Assembly: GCA_038212075.1 (NCBI GenBank)
Contig: JBBQUV010000004.1
Coordinates: forward strand, 12,317-76,316
DNA from: Minisyncoccia bacterium
GTDB taxonomy: Bacteria > Patescibacteriota > Minisyncoccia > Phycocordibacterales > Phycocordibacteraceae
Length of the DNA stretch: 64,000 nucleotides
Reading direction: 5' to 3'
Position 1 is the stretch's first letter; the number at the start of each line of letters is the position of its first letter. The notes under the pieces were generated by a model. The model searched no databases. It saw nothing but the letters and a program-made list of their open reading frames with translations, and had not been told where the DNA came from. Of this stretch, positions 34,271 to 45,478 are shown one piece after another. The position numbers and the translations under genes are program-made.

Positions 34271-34284
34271 GCACGTCAGCGTTA

Positions 34285-36222
34285 TTACACCCCAATAAGC
34301 ACGGGAATAACCATTGGTGCTTTGTTGGTCCGAGTGAAGAGGAATCCTGCAAGGGTGTCGGAAAGCGTATTTTTCACGTAATCCAAGTCCACCGGATTCA
34401 TTCCTTGCGTCGTATCTTCCACTGTCTTTTTAATCAAAAGGCGTGCTTGATTCAACATGTCCTGTGATTCGCGAAGATACACGAATCCGCGAGAAATGAT
34501 GTCTGGAGATTTACGCAATTTGCCAGTCTTCAAGTTCACTGTCGCAATAACCACGAACATACCGTCCTTGGCGAGCATTTGACGGTCACGAATGACCACT
34601 TCCTGTATATCGCCGATAGAGAAGCCATCCACGACAAGCGGAGCCGAGGGCACTTTGTCTTTGTGAATTTCAAGACGTTCACCATCGATGATATCAATCA
34701 CTGTTCCGTTATCCGGAATAATGATTTGTTCGCGTGGACGACCGGCTTGCTCCACTGCCTTTGCGTGACAGGCGAGCATTGAGTAGTAGCCGTATGCGGG
34801 CATGAAGAATTTTGCGCCGACGGTTTTGTTAATCCACACGAGTTCACCCGTGTTTCCGTGTCCTGTTGAGTGCACGTCGGACGAACGGTAGTGAATAAGA
34901 GTGGCGCCGTTACGGTACAAATTGTCTTTCAGCTTTTGCACAGCAAGTTCGTTGCCTGGAATAACCGAGGAAGAAAGCACCACGGTGTCGCGGTTAGTAA
35001 GCTGAATAGATTTGTGTTGTTTCGTTGCAATACGCATAAGTGCGGCGAATTCTTCACCTTGGGCACCTGTTGCAAGAATAACAATCTTGTCCGGCGGATA
35101 ATCGCCGACTTCCTGTGACGGAATAAGTGTTCCTTTTTCAAGTTTCAAGAGTCCCGTTTTTTGCGCAATTTCAAGGTTGTTTTTGATAGAGCGGCCTTCG
35201 GTCACCACTTTCTTTCCAAGCTTTTCGGAAATTTGAATGATGCGAATCATACGTTCAAACTGTGAAGCGAAGGTGCCAATGATGAGGCGTCCTGGGACTG
35301 CTTTCACAATGTCTTCCAGTGTTTGGTGCACGCGGCTTTCAGGAATAGAAAATCCATCTTTTTCCGCGTTTGTAGAGTCGCCAATGAAAAGAAGATTATT
35401 TTCCTTTCCGAGCGCTCCCCACTTATCTTTTTCGTGCTGAGCAGGATCACCATTTTCATGATCAAGCTTCAAGTCTCCGGTGAAGATAACGTTTCCGTAC
35501 GGAGTTTCAATCGCCACACCCATAGAGTCTGGAATGGAGTGGGTGACGGGGAAGAATTTTACTTTGCAGGAACCGATAGTAACCGTGTTGCCAACGTCAA
35601 CAACGACGAGTTCCGGTTTCGGCATATCCGGGTATTCTTCTTGGCGCTTCTGAATCATAATCGCCGTAAGATTTTGCGTGTAGATTGGCGGATTGCCGAA
35701 TCGATTCATCAAAAACGGAATACCGCCGATGTGGTCGAGGTGACCGTGGGTAATAATTACGCCGCGAACACGACTCGCATTGCGTTCAAGATATTTGGTG
35801 TTCGGAAGAATGTAGTCTACACCCGGTGAAGCGTCTTCAGAAACAAATTGGAATCCGGCATCGACGACAAAGATATCGTTACCGACTTCAACGGCGCACA
35901 TGTTTCGTCCGACTTCCTCAACGCCTCCCAAGGGGACGATGCGAACGACGTTTGGTGCAACAGGTGCAGGAATATATTCCGCTGTTTGTTTTTGTGTTGG
36001 GGGGCCTGGACGGCGAAGCATTCTGCGAATTTCGCGCGATTTGCCGCCGGGGCGTCCGCCACTACGGCGAGGGCCGCCACGGTTGAATCCGCCGCCATCT
36101 CGCTCGGGTGGTCGTCCTTGTCCGCCATCTCGCGGGGTAAATGGGCGAGGGTGAGCCGAATGCCCGTCTGGAGATCGGTGTGGTTGGTGGGGTGCCGGTG
36201 CCGGCGCTGGTGCTGGTGACAT
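34285..36222 (-). CDS. rnj: Ribonuclease J (metallo-beta-lactamase/beta-CASP family) with a roughly 95-aa N-terminal Pro/Arg/Gly-rich low-complexity extension.
   Basis: HxHxDH motif ITHGHLDHIGG, beta-CASP motifs, and a C-terminal domain. The N-terminus reads MSPAPAPAPAPHQPHRSPDGHSAHPRPFTPRDGGQGRPPERDGGGFNRGGPRRSGGRPGGKS. Confidence 0.9.
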   Translation of the reverse strand: MSPAPAPAPAPHQPHRSPDGHSAHPRPFTPRDGGQGRPPERDGGGFNRGGPRRSGGRPGGKSREIRRMLRRPGPPTQKQTAEYIPAPVAPNVVRIVPLGGVEEVGRNMCAVEVGNDIFVVDAGFQFVSEDASPGVDYILPNTKYLERNASRVRGVIITHGHLDHIGGIPFLMNRFGNPPIYTQNLTAIMIQKRQEEYPDMPKPELVVVDVGNTVTIGSCKVKFFPVTHSIPDSMGVAIETPYGNVIFTGDLKLDHENGDPAQHEKDKWGALGKENNLLFIGDSTNAEKDGFSIPESRVHQTLEDIVKAVPGRLIIGTFASQFERMIRIIQISEKLGKKVVTEGRSIKNNLEIAQKTGLLKLEKGTLIPSQEVGDYPPDKIVILATGAQGEEFAALMRIATKQHKSIQLTNRDTVVLSSSVIPGNELAVQKLKDNLYRNGATLIHYRSSDVHSTGHGNTGELVWINKTVGAKFFMPAYGYYSMLACHAKAVEQAGRPREQIIIPDNGTVIDIIDGERLEIHKDKVPSAPLVVDGFSIGDIQEVVIRDRQMLAKDGMFVVIATVNLKTGKLRKSPDIISRGFVYLRESQDMLNQARLLIKKTVEDTTQGMNPVDLDYVKNTLSDTLAGFLFTRTNKAPMVIPVLIGV

Positions 36223-36313
36223 AGATATGTAGATAATTTATTTTAATTTTTGTCTGAGTTTTTGATTGTGCTCAGTTGGGAATTCGGAACCATTCCGAAC
36301 TTTCAACTACTCA

Positions 36314-38035
36314 CTATCGAGTTTTTAAAAATGGCCACACATGCTCTGTACGCAAATACCACACTGCCGCTGTCGCAAAGCGATCAGACGGTGCGGTGAT
36401 TTGTGGAAGCATGAGCCCACTAAGCTCCGGTGGCACGGTGTACAAGAAATCCGGTGCGTATACGAATGCGGCAGGGTAATCGGCGGAAACAAGTTCATTT
36501 ATTTTAGCAACATCTGCGCTTACTGCACTTGGGTTGGTCTCCACACGACTTTTTTCAAGAAGCGTGTCCACGTCTTTATTTGCGTAGAGCGCGATGTTGA
36601 GGCCGGGATCATTTCGTTCTGCGGAATCCCAGAAAGCATATAGGTCACGGTCACGGCCTATGACCATTCCAAAAAGGAGCGCATCGTACTTACGAGGACG
36701 AATCACGTTTTGGGCAAGGTCACCCGCTTCATATAGTTCAATGGATACAGGAACCCCGAGTGCTTCCCAGTCTTCCTTCACCGCCGTTGCTACTGCTTTC
36801 AACTCCGGAACGTTGGATGTGCGCAGAGTAATGGAAAGGGTGAGTGTTGATTTTGGCAGTTCCCATGCGCGCGTCGTACTGTTGTACACCCACCCTGCAC
36901 TTTCAAGTGTTTTTGTAGCGTCCGCAATTCGTGTCGCGGAATTTGGAATGGGAAGGTTCGGAACATCGCTTCCGGGTGGCACGGGCCCAATAAGGGGGTT
37001 TGCAAATCCACCAAGCACATCGTTCACGATGCTGTCGCGATTGAGTGCAAGCGAAAGCGCTTTGCGTACTTCAAGCCGCGCGAATGCAGGGTTTTGGTTC
37101 GGATTGAAGAATACGCCAAAAACGCGAGAGTACGGAGCGGTGTGAGCGCCCGTTCCTGGAATGCCGTACGCGCTCTGCACTTGACCGTTTTTCAAAGCGT
37201 CAGTGAGTTCTTGGTTGTCTGACAAGAAGACGAAGCGAATACCGTCTAAGTAGGGGCGACCAAGGACATAGCTTTTATTTGCGGCAAGATTGTACTCACT
37301 AATAATGCCACTTTTGTCTCTGGAAACGGACGATACTGTAAAGGGTCCTGCGCCAACGGGTTCGGTGTTGAGTATTGAGAATGGAAACTCTTCGTCAGCA
37401 ACACCTTTCCATAAATGAGCCGGCAAAATACCAAGTGTCGTATTTCCCACAAACGGGGCATAGGTTTTTGAGAGCGTAAACTCCACGGTGCGTGTATCAA
37501 GCGCGCGCGCCGCAATTCCTGTCCAGTTCGCGTATTCCGGTGATTTTAGTGCCGGGTCTTGCGCTTTCTGAATGGTGAAGACAACATCATCAGCAGTTAC
37601 CGCGCTTCCGTCTGAAAAGACAGCATCTTTTCGCAAAATAAACGTATAGGTTTTTCCATCAGGAGAAACGGTATAGCTTTCTGCAAGTTTTGGCACCAAG
37701 TTGCCGTTGCCGTCTTCACCCAGAAGTCCGGCATACGTAAGCGCCACAAGGTCGCGGTCAGAATCCGACAATGCAAGCAAGGGGTTCACAAACCGTGGCG
37801 AGCCCACAACACCTTCGGTGAGTGTTCCTCCATAGCCGGGTTCCGTCACAAGCAAGCGCTGTTCAAGCGCGTATAGACTGAGCAGACTTCCGAGTACGAC
37901 AAGCACACCAAGTGCGCCGGCAATAACCCTATCGCCAAGAGAAAGGGAATATACGTACGCGGACAAGCGTTCAATCTGCGGAATTGTCCGCGTTTGCTTC
38001 AACCGCTCTGTGAGAGGTGCGTTTTCGTTTTGCAT
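36314..38035 (-). CDS. ABC transporter substrate-binding protein, family 5 (oligopeptide/dipeptide/nickel type), membrane-anchored by an N-terminal TM helix.
   Basis: SBP_bac_5-type motifs LTYAGLLGEDGNGNLVPKLAESYTVSPDGKTYTFILRKDAVFSDGSAVTADDVVFT. N-terminal hydrophobic anchor. No cognate permease or ATPase genes are adjacent in the window. Confidence 0.78.
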   Translation of the reverse strand: MQNENAPLTERLKQTRTIPQIERLSAYVYSLSLGDRVIAGALGVLVVLGSLLSLYALEQRLLVTEPGYGGTLTEGVVGSPRFVNPLLALSDSDRDLVALTYAGLLGEDGNGNLVPKLAESYTVSPDGKTYTFILRKDAVFSDGSAVTADDVVFTIQKAQDPALKSPEYANWTGIAARALDTRTVEFTLSKTYAPFVGNTTLGILPAHLWKGVADEEFPFSILNTEPVGAGPFTVSSVSRDKSGIISEYNLAANKSYVLGRPYLDGIRFVFLSDNQELTDALKNGQVQSAYGIPGTGAHTAPYSRVFGVFFNPNQNPAFARLEVRKALSLALNRDSIVNDVLGGFANPLIGPVPPGSDVPNLPIPNSATRIADATKTLESAGWVYNSTTRAWELPKSTLTLSITLRTSNVPELKAVATAVKEDWEALGVPVSIELYEAGDLAQNVIRPRKYDALLFGMVIGRDRDLYAFWDSAERNDPGLNIALYANKDVDTLLEKSRVETNPSAVSADVAKINELVSADYPAAFVYAPDFLYTVPPELSGLMLPQITAPSDRFATAAVWYLRTEHVWPFLKTR

Positions 38036-38069
38036 GCGATTCGCGCAGGACGACTCCGTCCGCTACGAT

Positions 38070-38300
38070 TTAGATGAGGAAACCGGCGATTGCTGCTGCC
38101 ACGAAAAGGAGCGCAACGACAATAGTCGCGTTGAAAAAGAATTTTTCAGCGCCGCGCCGCTTGTAGAACGTGGAAGAGAAGTTGTCACCCCCAAAAGCCC
38201 CTCCAAGGCCTGCCCCTCGTTGCTGGAGGACAATGCCGATGATGAGGAGAAGGGAGAGCGCAATCTCTATGTAGGGCAATGTTGCCGTAAATGCCTGCAT
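38070..38300 (-). CDS. secG: Preprotein translocase subunit SecG.
   Basis: LLLIIGIVLQQRGAGLGGAFGGDNFSSTFYKRRGAEKFFFNATIVVALLFV is the SecG signature. The ORF extends in-frame to 38432, but an internal ATG at about 38300 or 38321 is more likely the start. Confidence 0.7.
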   Translation of the reverse strand: MQAFTATLPYIEIALSLLLIIGIVLQQRGAGLGGAFGGDNFSSTFYKRRGAEKFFFNATIVVALLFVAAAIAGFLI

Positions 38301-38368
38301 CTGTGGTACGAACCTTACCATAACCGGGTGGGGGCGGGCAAATGCGGGTGGGGAAAACGCTCTGCCCG

Positions 38369-38404
38369 CTCCGCTTGTATATAAATAATTCGGCGCGGCA
38401 GGTG
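38369..38404 (-). terminator. Hairpin terminator after the 38429-38791 minus-strand ORF.
   Basis: ttcggcgcggcagg / cctgctcgcgccgaa stem (14 bp with a 1-nt bulge), followed on the minus strand by a U-rich tract. Confidence 0.45.
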
Positions 38405-38428
38405 GTGTTCCTGCTCGCGCCGAAGTTC

Positions 38429-38791
38429 TCAATTTTTCTGTGGTCGTGAACCTACCTCCATCGCCTTCAGAGCGAAATCAACAGCGTCGTCACCCCATAT
38501 AGGTTTCAACATGTTAATGCCACCTCTCCAGCTAACAGCCAGTAAGTCTTCGGCGCTTCCCTTGATGAGCTGTTTGTTGTCTTCAAAGGCGCCGCGCAAG
38601 AACGCTTGAATGGCGTCGGAACTAGTGGCCATTCGTTCGGCGTACTGTTTGCGTTGCCGCTCCAAGAAATCCGCGTCATTTGCCGCAATTTCAAGAAGGG
38701 TACCCCAAAGAAATTCGAGGCCTTTTCGTGCGTTTTCGCACCGCAGTTCGAAAGGAAGACCTTCCGCTGCATACGATTTTATTTCCGTCAC
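38429..38791 (-). CDS. Hypothetical protein (120 aa), probable GTG start.
   Basis: ORF with GGAG 8 nt upstream of a GTG start. No family recognised. Confidence 0.35.
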   Translation of the reverse strand: MTEIKSYAAEGLPFELRCENARKGLEFLWGTLLEIAANDADFLERQRKQYAERMATSSDAIQAFLRGAFEDNKQLIKGSAEDLLAVSWRGGINMLKPIWGDDAVDFALKAMEVGSRPQKN

Positions 38792-38919
38792 CTAACTACT
38801 CCATGTTCAAGTTCATGATTATTTTAAATAAAATCTCATATAAGTCAAGTCGTGTTGCGTACCGTCGCCCGTTTCTCTATACTTCACACACTCGTTTTAT
38901 TAGGGTAACGCTTCAACAT

Positions 38920-39228
38920 ATGGCAAAAACTGAAATGCTTGGAATTACACCGCTCGCAGACCGTGTCGTGGTGCAACCAATGGTCAAAGAAGAAAAGTCG
39001 GTGTCGGGCATTATCATTCCGGATACGGTAAATAAGGAGAAGCCGGCAAAAGGTACGGTGGTTGCCGTAGGTCCGGGGCGTTATACCGATGAAGGGAAGC
39101 GCATTCCTATGGACGTGAAGGTTGGTGACAAGGTTTATTTCAAAAAGCCGTGGGACGAACCTATCAAGATTAATGACATTGAATACTATATCCTTTCCGA
39201 ATCGGAAATCACGCTCACTTTTAAATAA
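38920..39228 (+). CDS. groES: Co-chaperonin GroES.
   Basis: MAKTEMLGITPLADRVVVQPMVKEEKSVSGIIIPDTVNKEKPAKGTVVAVGPGRYTDEGKRIPMDVKVGDKVYFKK is the Cpn10 signature. The ORF-track start at 38680 is an upstream in-frame extension. Confidence 0.9.
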   Translation: MAKTEMLGITPLADRVVVQPMVKEEKSVSGIIIPDTVNKEKPAKGTVVAVGPGRYTDEGKRIPMDVKVGDKVYFKKPWDEPIKINDIEYYILSESEITLTFK

Positions 39229-40887
<1,659 letters not shown>

Positions 40888-40907
40888 AACGTTACAACAA
40901 AAACAAA

Positions 40908-40942
40908 CAAAACCGCTCCGGTAAACCGGAGCGGTTTTGTTA
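40908..40942 (+). terminator. Rho-independent terminator after groEL.
   Basis: aaaaccgctccgg, loop taaa, ccggagcggtttt, then gtt. Confidence 0.65.
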
Positions 40943-41049
40943 TGCACACTGTTTTTTATTTTGAAACTATAAACTAACTGTGGTGATACTATGCGAACAT
41001 ATGAAAAAATCTCTGCTTCTGGTAGCAGGGGGAATGATATACGGTTTCT

Positions 41050-42264
41050 ATGACAACCGACGCAGTACAGCGCGAGCTTAAGCGTGGTAGCCAACTCTCG
41101 GTTATCGCACTTGTCGGAGCGCTCATAGAAAAAGCGAGTAAAGTTTGTTCATCCGACATTCACCTTGAGCCAACATTGCATGGCCTCGTTGCGCGCTTGC
41201 GTGTTGATGGCGTCCTGCATGACGCGTACGTTTTTCCCAAAGAAATACGTTCGGAAATTATCTCCCGTATTAAAGTGCTCTCGAGGTTACGTACAGACGA
41301 ACACCAAATGACCCAAGACGGGCGTTTTCGATACGACTTGCGAGACAGTTCGTTTGTAGACGTGCGCATATCTATTGCGCCTACCTATCATGGAGAAAAC
41401 GCCGTACTCCGTCTTCTTTCTAACACCGCAGAAAATTACACACTTGGCGCGCTTGGCTTTAGTGTAGAGGATACTGAAAAAATCACGAATGCCATACGAA
41501 AACCAAACGGGATGATTCTTTCCACGGGGCCAACCGGTTCCGGAAAAACAACCACCATGTACACGCTCATCCGAATGCTCAATTCTCGAGATGTTTCCGT
41601 GGTTACCATTGAAGATCCTATTGAATATGCGGTGGAGGGCATTGAACAAATTCAAGTGAATCCGCACGCTGGACTTACCTTTGCGAACGGACTGCGCACC
41701 ATTCTTCGGCAAGATCCAAACATAATTATGGTGGGTGAAATTCGCGATGCAGAAACGGCAAGCATTGCGGTCAATACCGCGCTTACCGGACATCTTCTCT
41801 TGTCTACGCTTCATACTAACGATGCCGCAACAACACTCCCACGCCTTCTCGATATGCACGTGGAAGCATTTTTGGTTGCGTCCACTATTCGCATTGCCAT
41901 CGGTCAACGGTTGGTGCGTAAAATTTGTGGTGCCTGCCGTGAAGAAGCGCCCATTACTGCAAAAGTAGCGAAATATCTTTCAGCGTCCTCACTTCGCAGT
42001 AAGGTGCGAGCGAACAATATCTTTTTCAAAGGAAAAGGATGCGATGGGTGTAATCACACTGGATATAGCGGTCGTATATGTTTGAACGAAGTAATGGAAA
42101 CGAATGCAGATATCCAGCAAGCTATTTTAAATCGAGCGCCTGCAGCAGAATTAAAAAAGATTGCGATAAAAAATGGAATGACACCAATGCTTGAAGATGG
42201 TTTCCAAAAAGCGCGCACGGGCGTGACCACTCTCGAAGAGGTGCTGCGCGTAGTGAATGATTAG
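41050..42264 (+). CDS. pilB: Type IV pilus / T2SS assembly ATPase (GspE/PilB family), compact form.
   Basis: Walker A GPTGSGKTT, Asp/His boxes, and the tetracysteine motif CGACREE...GKGCDGCNHTGYSGR characteristic of GspE/PilB rather than PilT. Confidence 0.8.
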   Translation: MTTDAVQRELKRGSQLSVIALVGALIEKASKVCSSDIHLEPTLHGLVARLRVDGVLHDAYVFPKEIRSEIISRIKVLSRLRTDEHQMTQDGRFRYDLRDSSFVDVRISIAPTYHGENAVLRLLSNTAENYTLGALGFSVEDTEKITNAIRKPNGMILSTGPTGSGKTTTMYTLIRMLNSRDVSVVTIEDPIEYAVEGIEQIQVNPHAGLTFANGLRTILRQDPNIIMVGEIRDAETASIAVNTALTGHLLLSTLHTNDAATTLPRLLDMHVEAFLVASTIRIAIGQRLVRKICGACREEAPITAKVAKYLSASSLRSKVRANNIFFKGKGCDGCNHTGYSGRICLNEVMETNADIQQAILNRAPAAELKKIAIKNGMTPMLEDGFQKARTGVTTLEEVLRVVND

Positions 42265-42266
42265 CT

Positions 42267-43454
42267 ATGGTAAAGAAACACACTTCGGTGCTTGGACGAT
42301 TGCGCAAGCGCGCGTCCACTCATGGTAAAAAAGTAATCGCTTCGCGAGCGAGCGTTTTTATACGTGCCATCTACGTACGATATGTGGCATATTCGCTCAC
42401 TCGTACACCTCGTCTGTCTATCACCGAACAAACTTTTTTTGTAAAACGGCTCGCCTTCCTCATTACTGCCGGTATTCCTATTTTGGAAAGTCTGCACATG
42501 CTTCGCGAACAATCACGTTCGCGTATGTATGTTCGCGTGATGGATGCAATCATTGATGATGTTGCCAACGGACAAACTCTTTCAAAAAGTCTTTCAAAAT
42601 TTCCGGAAATGTTCGGTGAGTTCGGCGTGAACATCATTATGGTGGGGGAGGCGAGTGGTAGTTTAAGTAAAAATCTTGAATATCTTGCAAATGAACTCAA
42701 TAAAAAAGAAGCACTTCGCCGCAAACTGCTTGGCGCGCTTGCGTATCCTGCACTGATTACAGCCACGACACTCGGCATCACCGCGTTCTTGATGATCTAC
42801 CTGTTTCCAAAAATTATGCCGGTGTTCACTTCGCTCAACATGAAGCTACCGCTTTCAACACGTATCGTTATTGGCGCAAGCAATGTTCTTCGAAACCACG
42901 GGCTTATGTTGTTCGTCCTTATCACCGCTCTCGTGATTGCTTTTTTCGTGACGTATCACCGTGATCGTATTTTTCGCGAACACGTTGATCGCCGTATGCT
43001 AGGGGTGCCCGTGCTCGGTAAGCTCATTCGCTATTACAGTCTTGCCCATTTTACTCGCACGCTCGGATTACTTATAAAAAGTGGCGTAACGTTTCCAAAT
43101 GCGCTAGCGATTGTTGCCACCACGAGCGGTAATACTGTGTATGAAAAACACGCGCGAGAGCTTGAAGAAAGGGTGATACGCGGCGAAGCCATCTCGCCGT
43201 ACTGTGCGATACACCGTAATGCATTTCCAGATAGTATGGCGCAGATGCTGGCGGTGGGGGAGCGTACAGGAAATCTCTCCAACACGCTTGTATATCTGTC
43301 CGAGTTTTATGAAAAAGAAATGGATGATCTTACCAAGAATATCTCCACTCTTATTGAACCTGGGCTGATGATTTGTATGGGACTTCTGATTGGGTTCATT
43401 GCTATCTCTATAATTACTCCTATCTATGGCATTACACAAAATCTTCATCCATAA
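42267..43454 (+). CDS. pilC: Type IV pilus inner-membrane platform protein (GspF/PilC family).
   Basis: Two repeated GspF domains with the IIMVGEASGSL and MLAVGERTGNL motifs, plus three TM segments. Confidence 0.8.
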   Translation: MVKKHTSVLGRLRKRASTHGKKVIASRASVFIRAIYVRYVAYSLTRTPRLSITEQTFFVKRLAFLITAGIPILESLHMLREQSRSRMYVRVMDAIIDDVANGQTLSKSLSKFPEMFGEFGVNIIMVGEASGSLSKNLEYLANELNKKEALRRKLLGALAYPALITATTLGITAFLMIYLFPKIMPVFTSLNMKLPLSTRIVIGASNVLRNHGLMLFVLITALVIAFFVTYHRDRIFREHVDRRMLGVPVLGKLIRYYSLAHFTRTLGLLIKSGVTFPNALAIVATTSGNTVYEKHARELEERVIRGEAISPYCAIHRNAFPDSMAQMLAVGERTGNLSNTLVYLSEFYEKEMDDLTKNISTLIEPGLMICMGLLIGFIAISIITPIYGITQNLHP

Positions 43455-43962
43455 GCGTAAACCTTCATCGCGAGGATTCACGCTTATGGAAATACTCGTG
43501 GTGCTTGTCGTCGTCGGTACCATCGCTAGCTTTTCTTTATTTGTGGACATACGAAATTATCACAGTGACGCGTTTCGTGCTGAACGCACGACGCTTATTA
43601 CTCTACTTCAAACCGCGCGTGCAAACGCACTCAATAACGTAGGTGAAATGCCGCATGGTGTTGCTATTTTCCCGAACGATCACCCAAACAGTTACGTGCT
43701 TTTTGACGGTGCCGATTATGCAACAAGTAATAATTCAACACACCAGATCATCGATGCGGGTTACCACGTGGTGTTTGATGTCGATTCTCCTACGCAAATT
43801 ATTTTTTGTCAGTTAAGCGGCGACATCGTTACCAGTATTCAAGAAAGTACACGCTGTGATGATGCGGTGAATAGGTATGATGGGAAGATAGTTCTTATAG
43901 ATACGGAGAGAGGGCTACCATTTGATATCACACTCAATCATGAAGGCGGTATTAGTTGGTAA
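43426..43962 (+). CDS. Type IV prepilin / pseudopilin (class III signal peptide).
   Basis: Leader MALHKIFIHKRKPSSRG, then FTLMEILVVLVVVGTIASF (the G|FTLxE prepilin peptidase site plus a hydrophobic helix). Confidence 0.65.
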   Translation: MALHKIFIHKRKPSSRGFTLMEILVVLVVVGTIASFSLFVDIRNYHSDAFRAERTTLITLLQTARANALNNVGEMPHGVAIFPNDHPNSYVLFDGADYATSNNSTHQIIDAGYHVVFDVDSPTQIIFCQLSGDIVTSIQESTRCDDAVNRYDGKIVLIDTERGLPFDITLNHEGGISW

Positions 43963-45478
43963 GCACCGAGGGTTTAGTACTCTTGAAATAATGATCGCCC
44001 TTGCGGTGATAGCTATTGTGCTGGCCGGTGTGATTTTGGCAGATTTTGGTGTCCAATACTGGACGGTGACAGCTCAAACCAGCAACGAGGCACTCTACAA
44101 AGGCAAAGTGCAACTTGAAAAAATTCGCTCTGCATCGGTGCATGATTTCTATTCTGCCGTTTCAACTCCGTCTACCAAAGATACCGATACGGCATGCGGT
44201 AGTGGTGGCCTCTGCTACTACATACAAAACACCGTCGCCGATATTTCCCCGTGTTCAAAGTATGTGGAAAGTACCATCTCATGGCAGGTGCCACGCTACC
44301 CAACATCAACCACCTATCTGCCGTCGTATCTTTCAAGTGCCAAAGAAGCTGTTTCTCTTGGTGGAGATTGCGGTCTCAATTATCCGTTTGGCGCGTGGTC
44401 AAGTCCTATCGAAATGAGTAATGGGAACCTTGCCGCTCCACCAACCGGTATTGATGTGGTGAACGGTGTTGCGTATGTTACTGAAAGCACAAGCCCCTAT
44501 TTTGAAGTCACGTCTGTAAGTGCCCCGGGAAGCACCTCGGCACTCGCACCGCCAAGAGATCCAGCATCCTTTAATGCGCTAGACGTGGCTCGCGATTTAG
44601 CAACGGGGCGGTTGTATGCGTATGTCGCCGCAAATAATACGCAATTTCGGGTGATTGATGTCACTAATCCAAAAAGCCCCCTCCAGATAGCAAGTAGTGT
44701 GCTATCTGGAGTAGCAACAAGCACATCGCAAGGGCAGGGATGGCGCATTGTCTACTACGATCGCAAGGTATATCTCACCACTCGGTACAATAGTGGGCTA
44801 CCGGAACTGCATATTTTTGATGTTGGCTACCCTATACGTCCTTTTGAAGTTGGATACGACACCGTAGCAAAAAGACTGGGTATCTCACTTGGCACGTCGG
44901 TGTACGATATGGCGATTCGTGATCAGTATTCAGCCGTCGATAAAAAAATACACCGCTTTTTATTTCTCGCTACAACACTCACTACTGGTGAGCTGAAGGT
45001 GCTTGATGTAAGCGATCCAAAAAAAGTAAACCCAACACCGATTGCCACGTGTGATTTACGTGGAAACTATCAAGCAACTGCCATTACTGTGTTAGGTAAT
45101 ACGCTCTACCTTGGTCGGGATACACCAAGCGGAACGCCAGACCTTCTTGCGTTTGACGCTACTGATCCACTTTCGCCATCGTTCTGTACACCACTTGGCC
45201 AAACGGAAGTAGAGACAGGTTTTTTGGACTACAGTCGCCATGTCGTAGGTATTCGTGCAAGTGGGCCATACCTTTATATAGCCACTACCAACACTACCCG
45301 TGCGCATGGGCAAGTGCAGGTGCGCAGTGTACTTCCGTCCAGTCTTTCACTTCTTGGCACCTTTGCCGTCCCTCTGCTTACGGACAACGCCTTAGACTTT
45401 GATGGCGGTGCCAATATGCTCTATATACCGAGCGGCACGTCTTCAGGAAAACTACAGTCCATCACCAGCTCACCATGA
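43940..45478 (+). CDS. Large minor pilin / pseudopilin (about 512 aa) with an N-terminal prepilin signal and a C-terminal LVIVD-type beta-propeller-like repeat domain. Candidate pilus-tip adhesin.
   Basis: KHRG|FSTLEIMIALAVIAIV prepilin motif. Repeated units such as RLYAYVAANNTQFRVIDVTNPKSP, LKVLDVSDPKKVNPTP and LLAFDATDPLSPSF. Confidence 0.6.
   Translation: MKAVLVGKHRGFSTLEIMIALAVIAIVLAGVILADFGVQYWTVTAQTSNEALYKGKVQLEKIRSASVHDFYSAVSTPSTKDTDTACGSGGLCYYIQNTVADISPCSKYVESTISWQVPRYPTSTTYLPSYLSSAKEAVSLGGDCGLNYPFGAWSSPIEMSNGNLAAPPTGIDVVNGVAYVTESTSPYFEVTSVSAPGSTSALAPPRDPASFNALDVARDLATGRLYAYVAANNTQFRVIDVTNPKSPLQIASSVLSGVATSTSQGQGWRIVYYDRKVYLTTRYNSGLPELHIFDVGYPIRPFEVGYDTVAKRLGISLGTSVYDMAIRDQYSAVDKKIHRFLFLATTLTTGELKVLDVSDPKKVNPTPIATCDLRGNYQATAITVLGNTLYLGRDTPSGTPDLLAFDATDPLSPSFCTPLGQTEVETGFLDYSRHVVGIRASGPYLYIATTNTTRAHGQVQVRSVLPSSLSLLGTFAVPLLTDNALDFDGGANMLYIPSGTSSGKLQSITSSP

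Noticed and set aside
38792-38919. Looked for a CIRCE (HrcA) operator TTAGCACTC-N9-GAGTGCTAA upstream of groES.
   Set aside because: No such inverted repeat is present in the groES upstream region. groESL appears to lack CIRCE control here.
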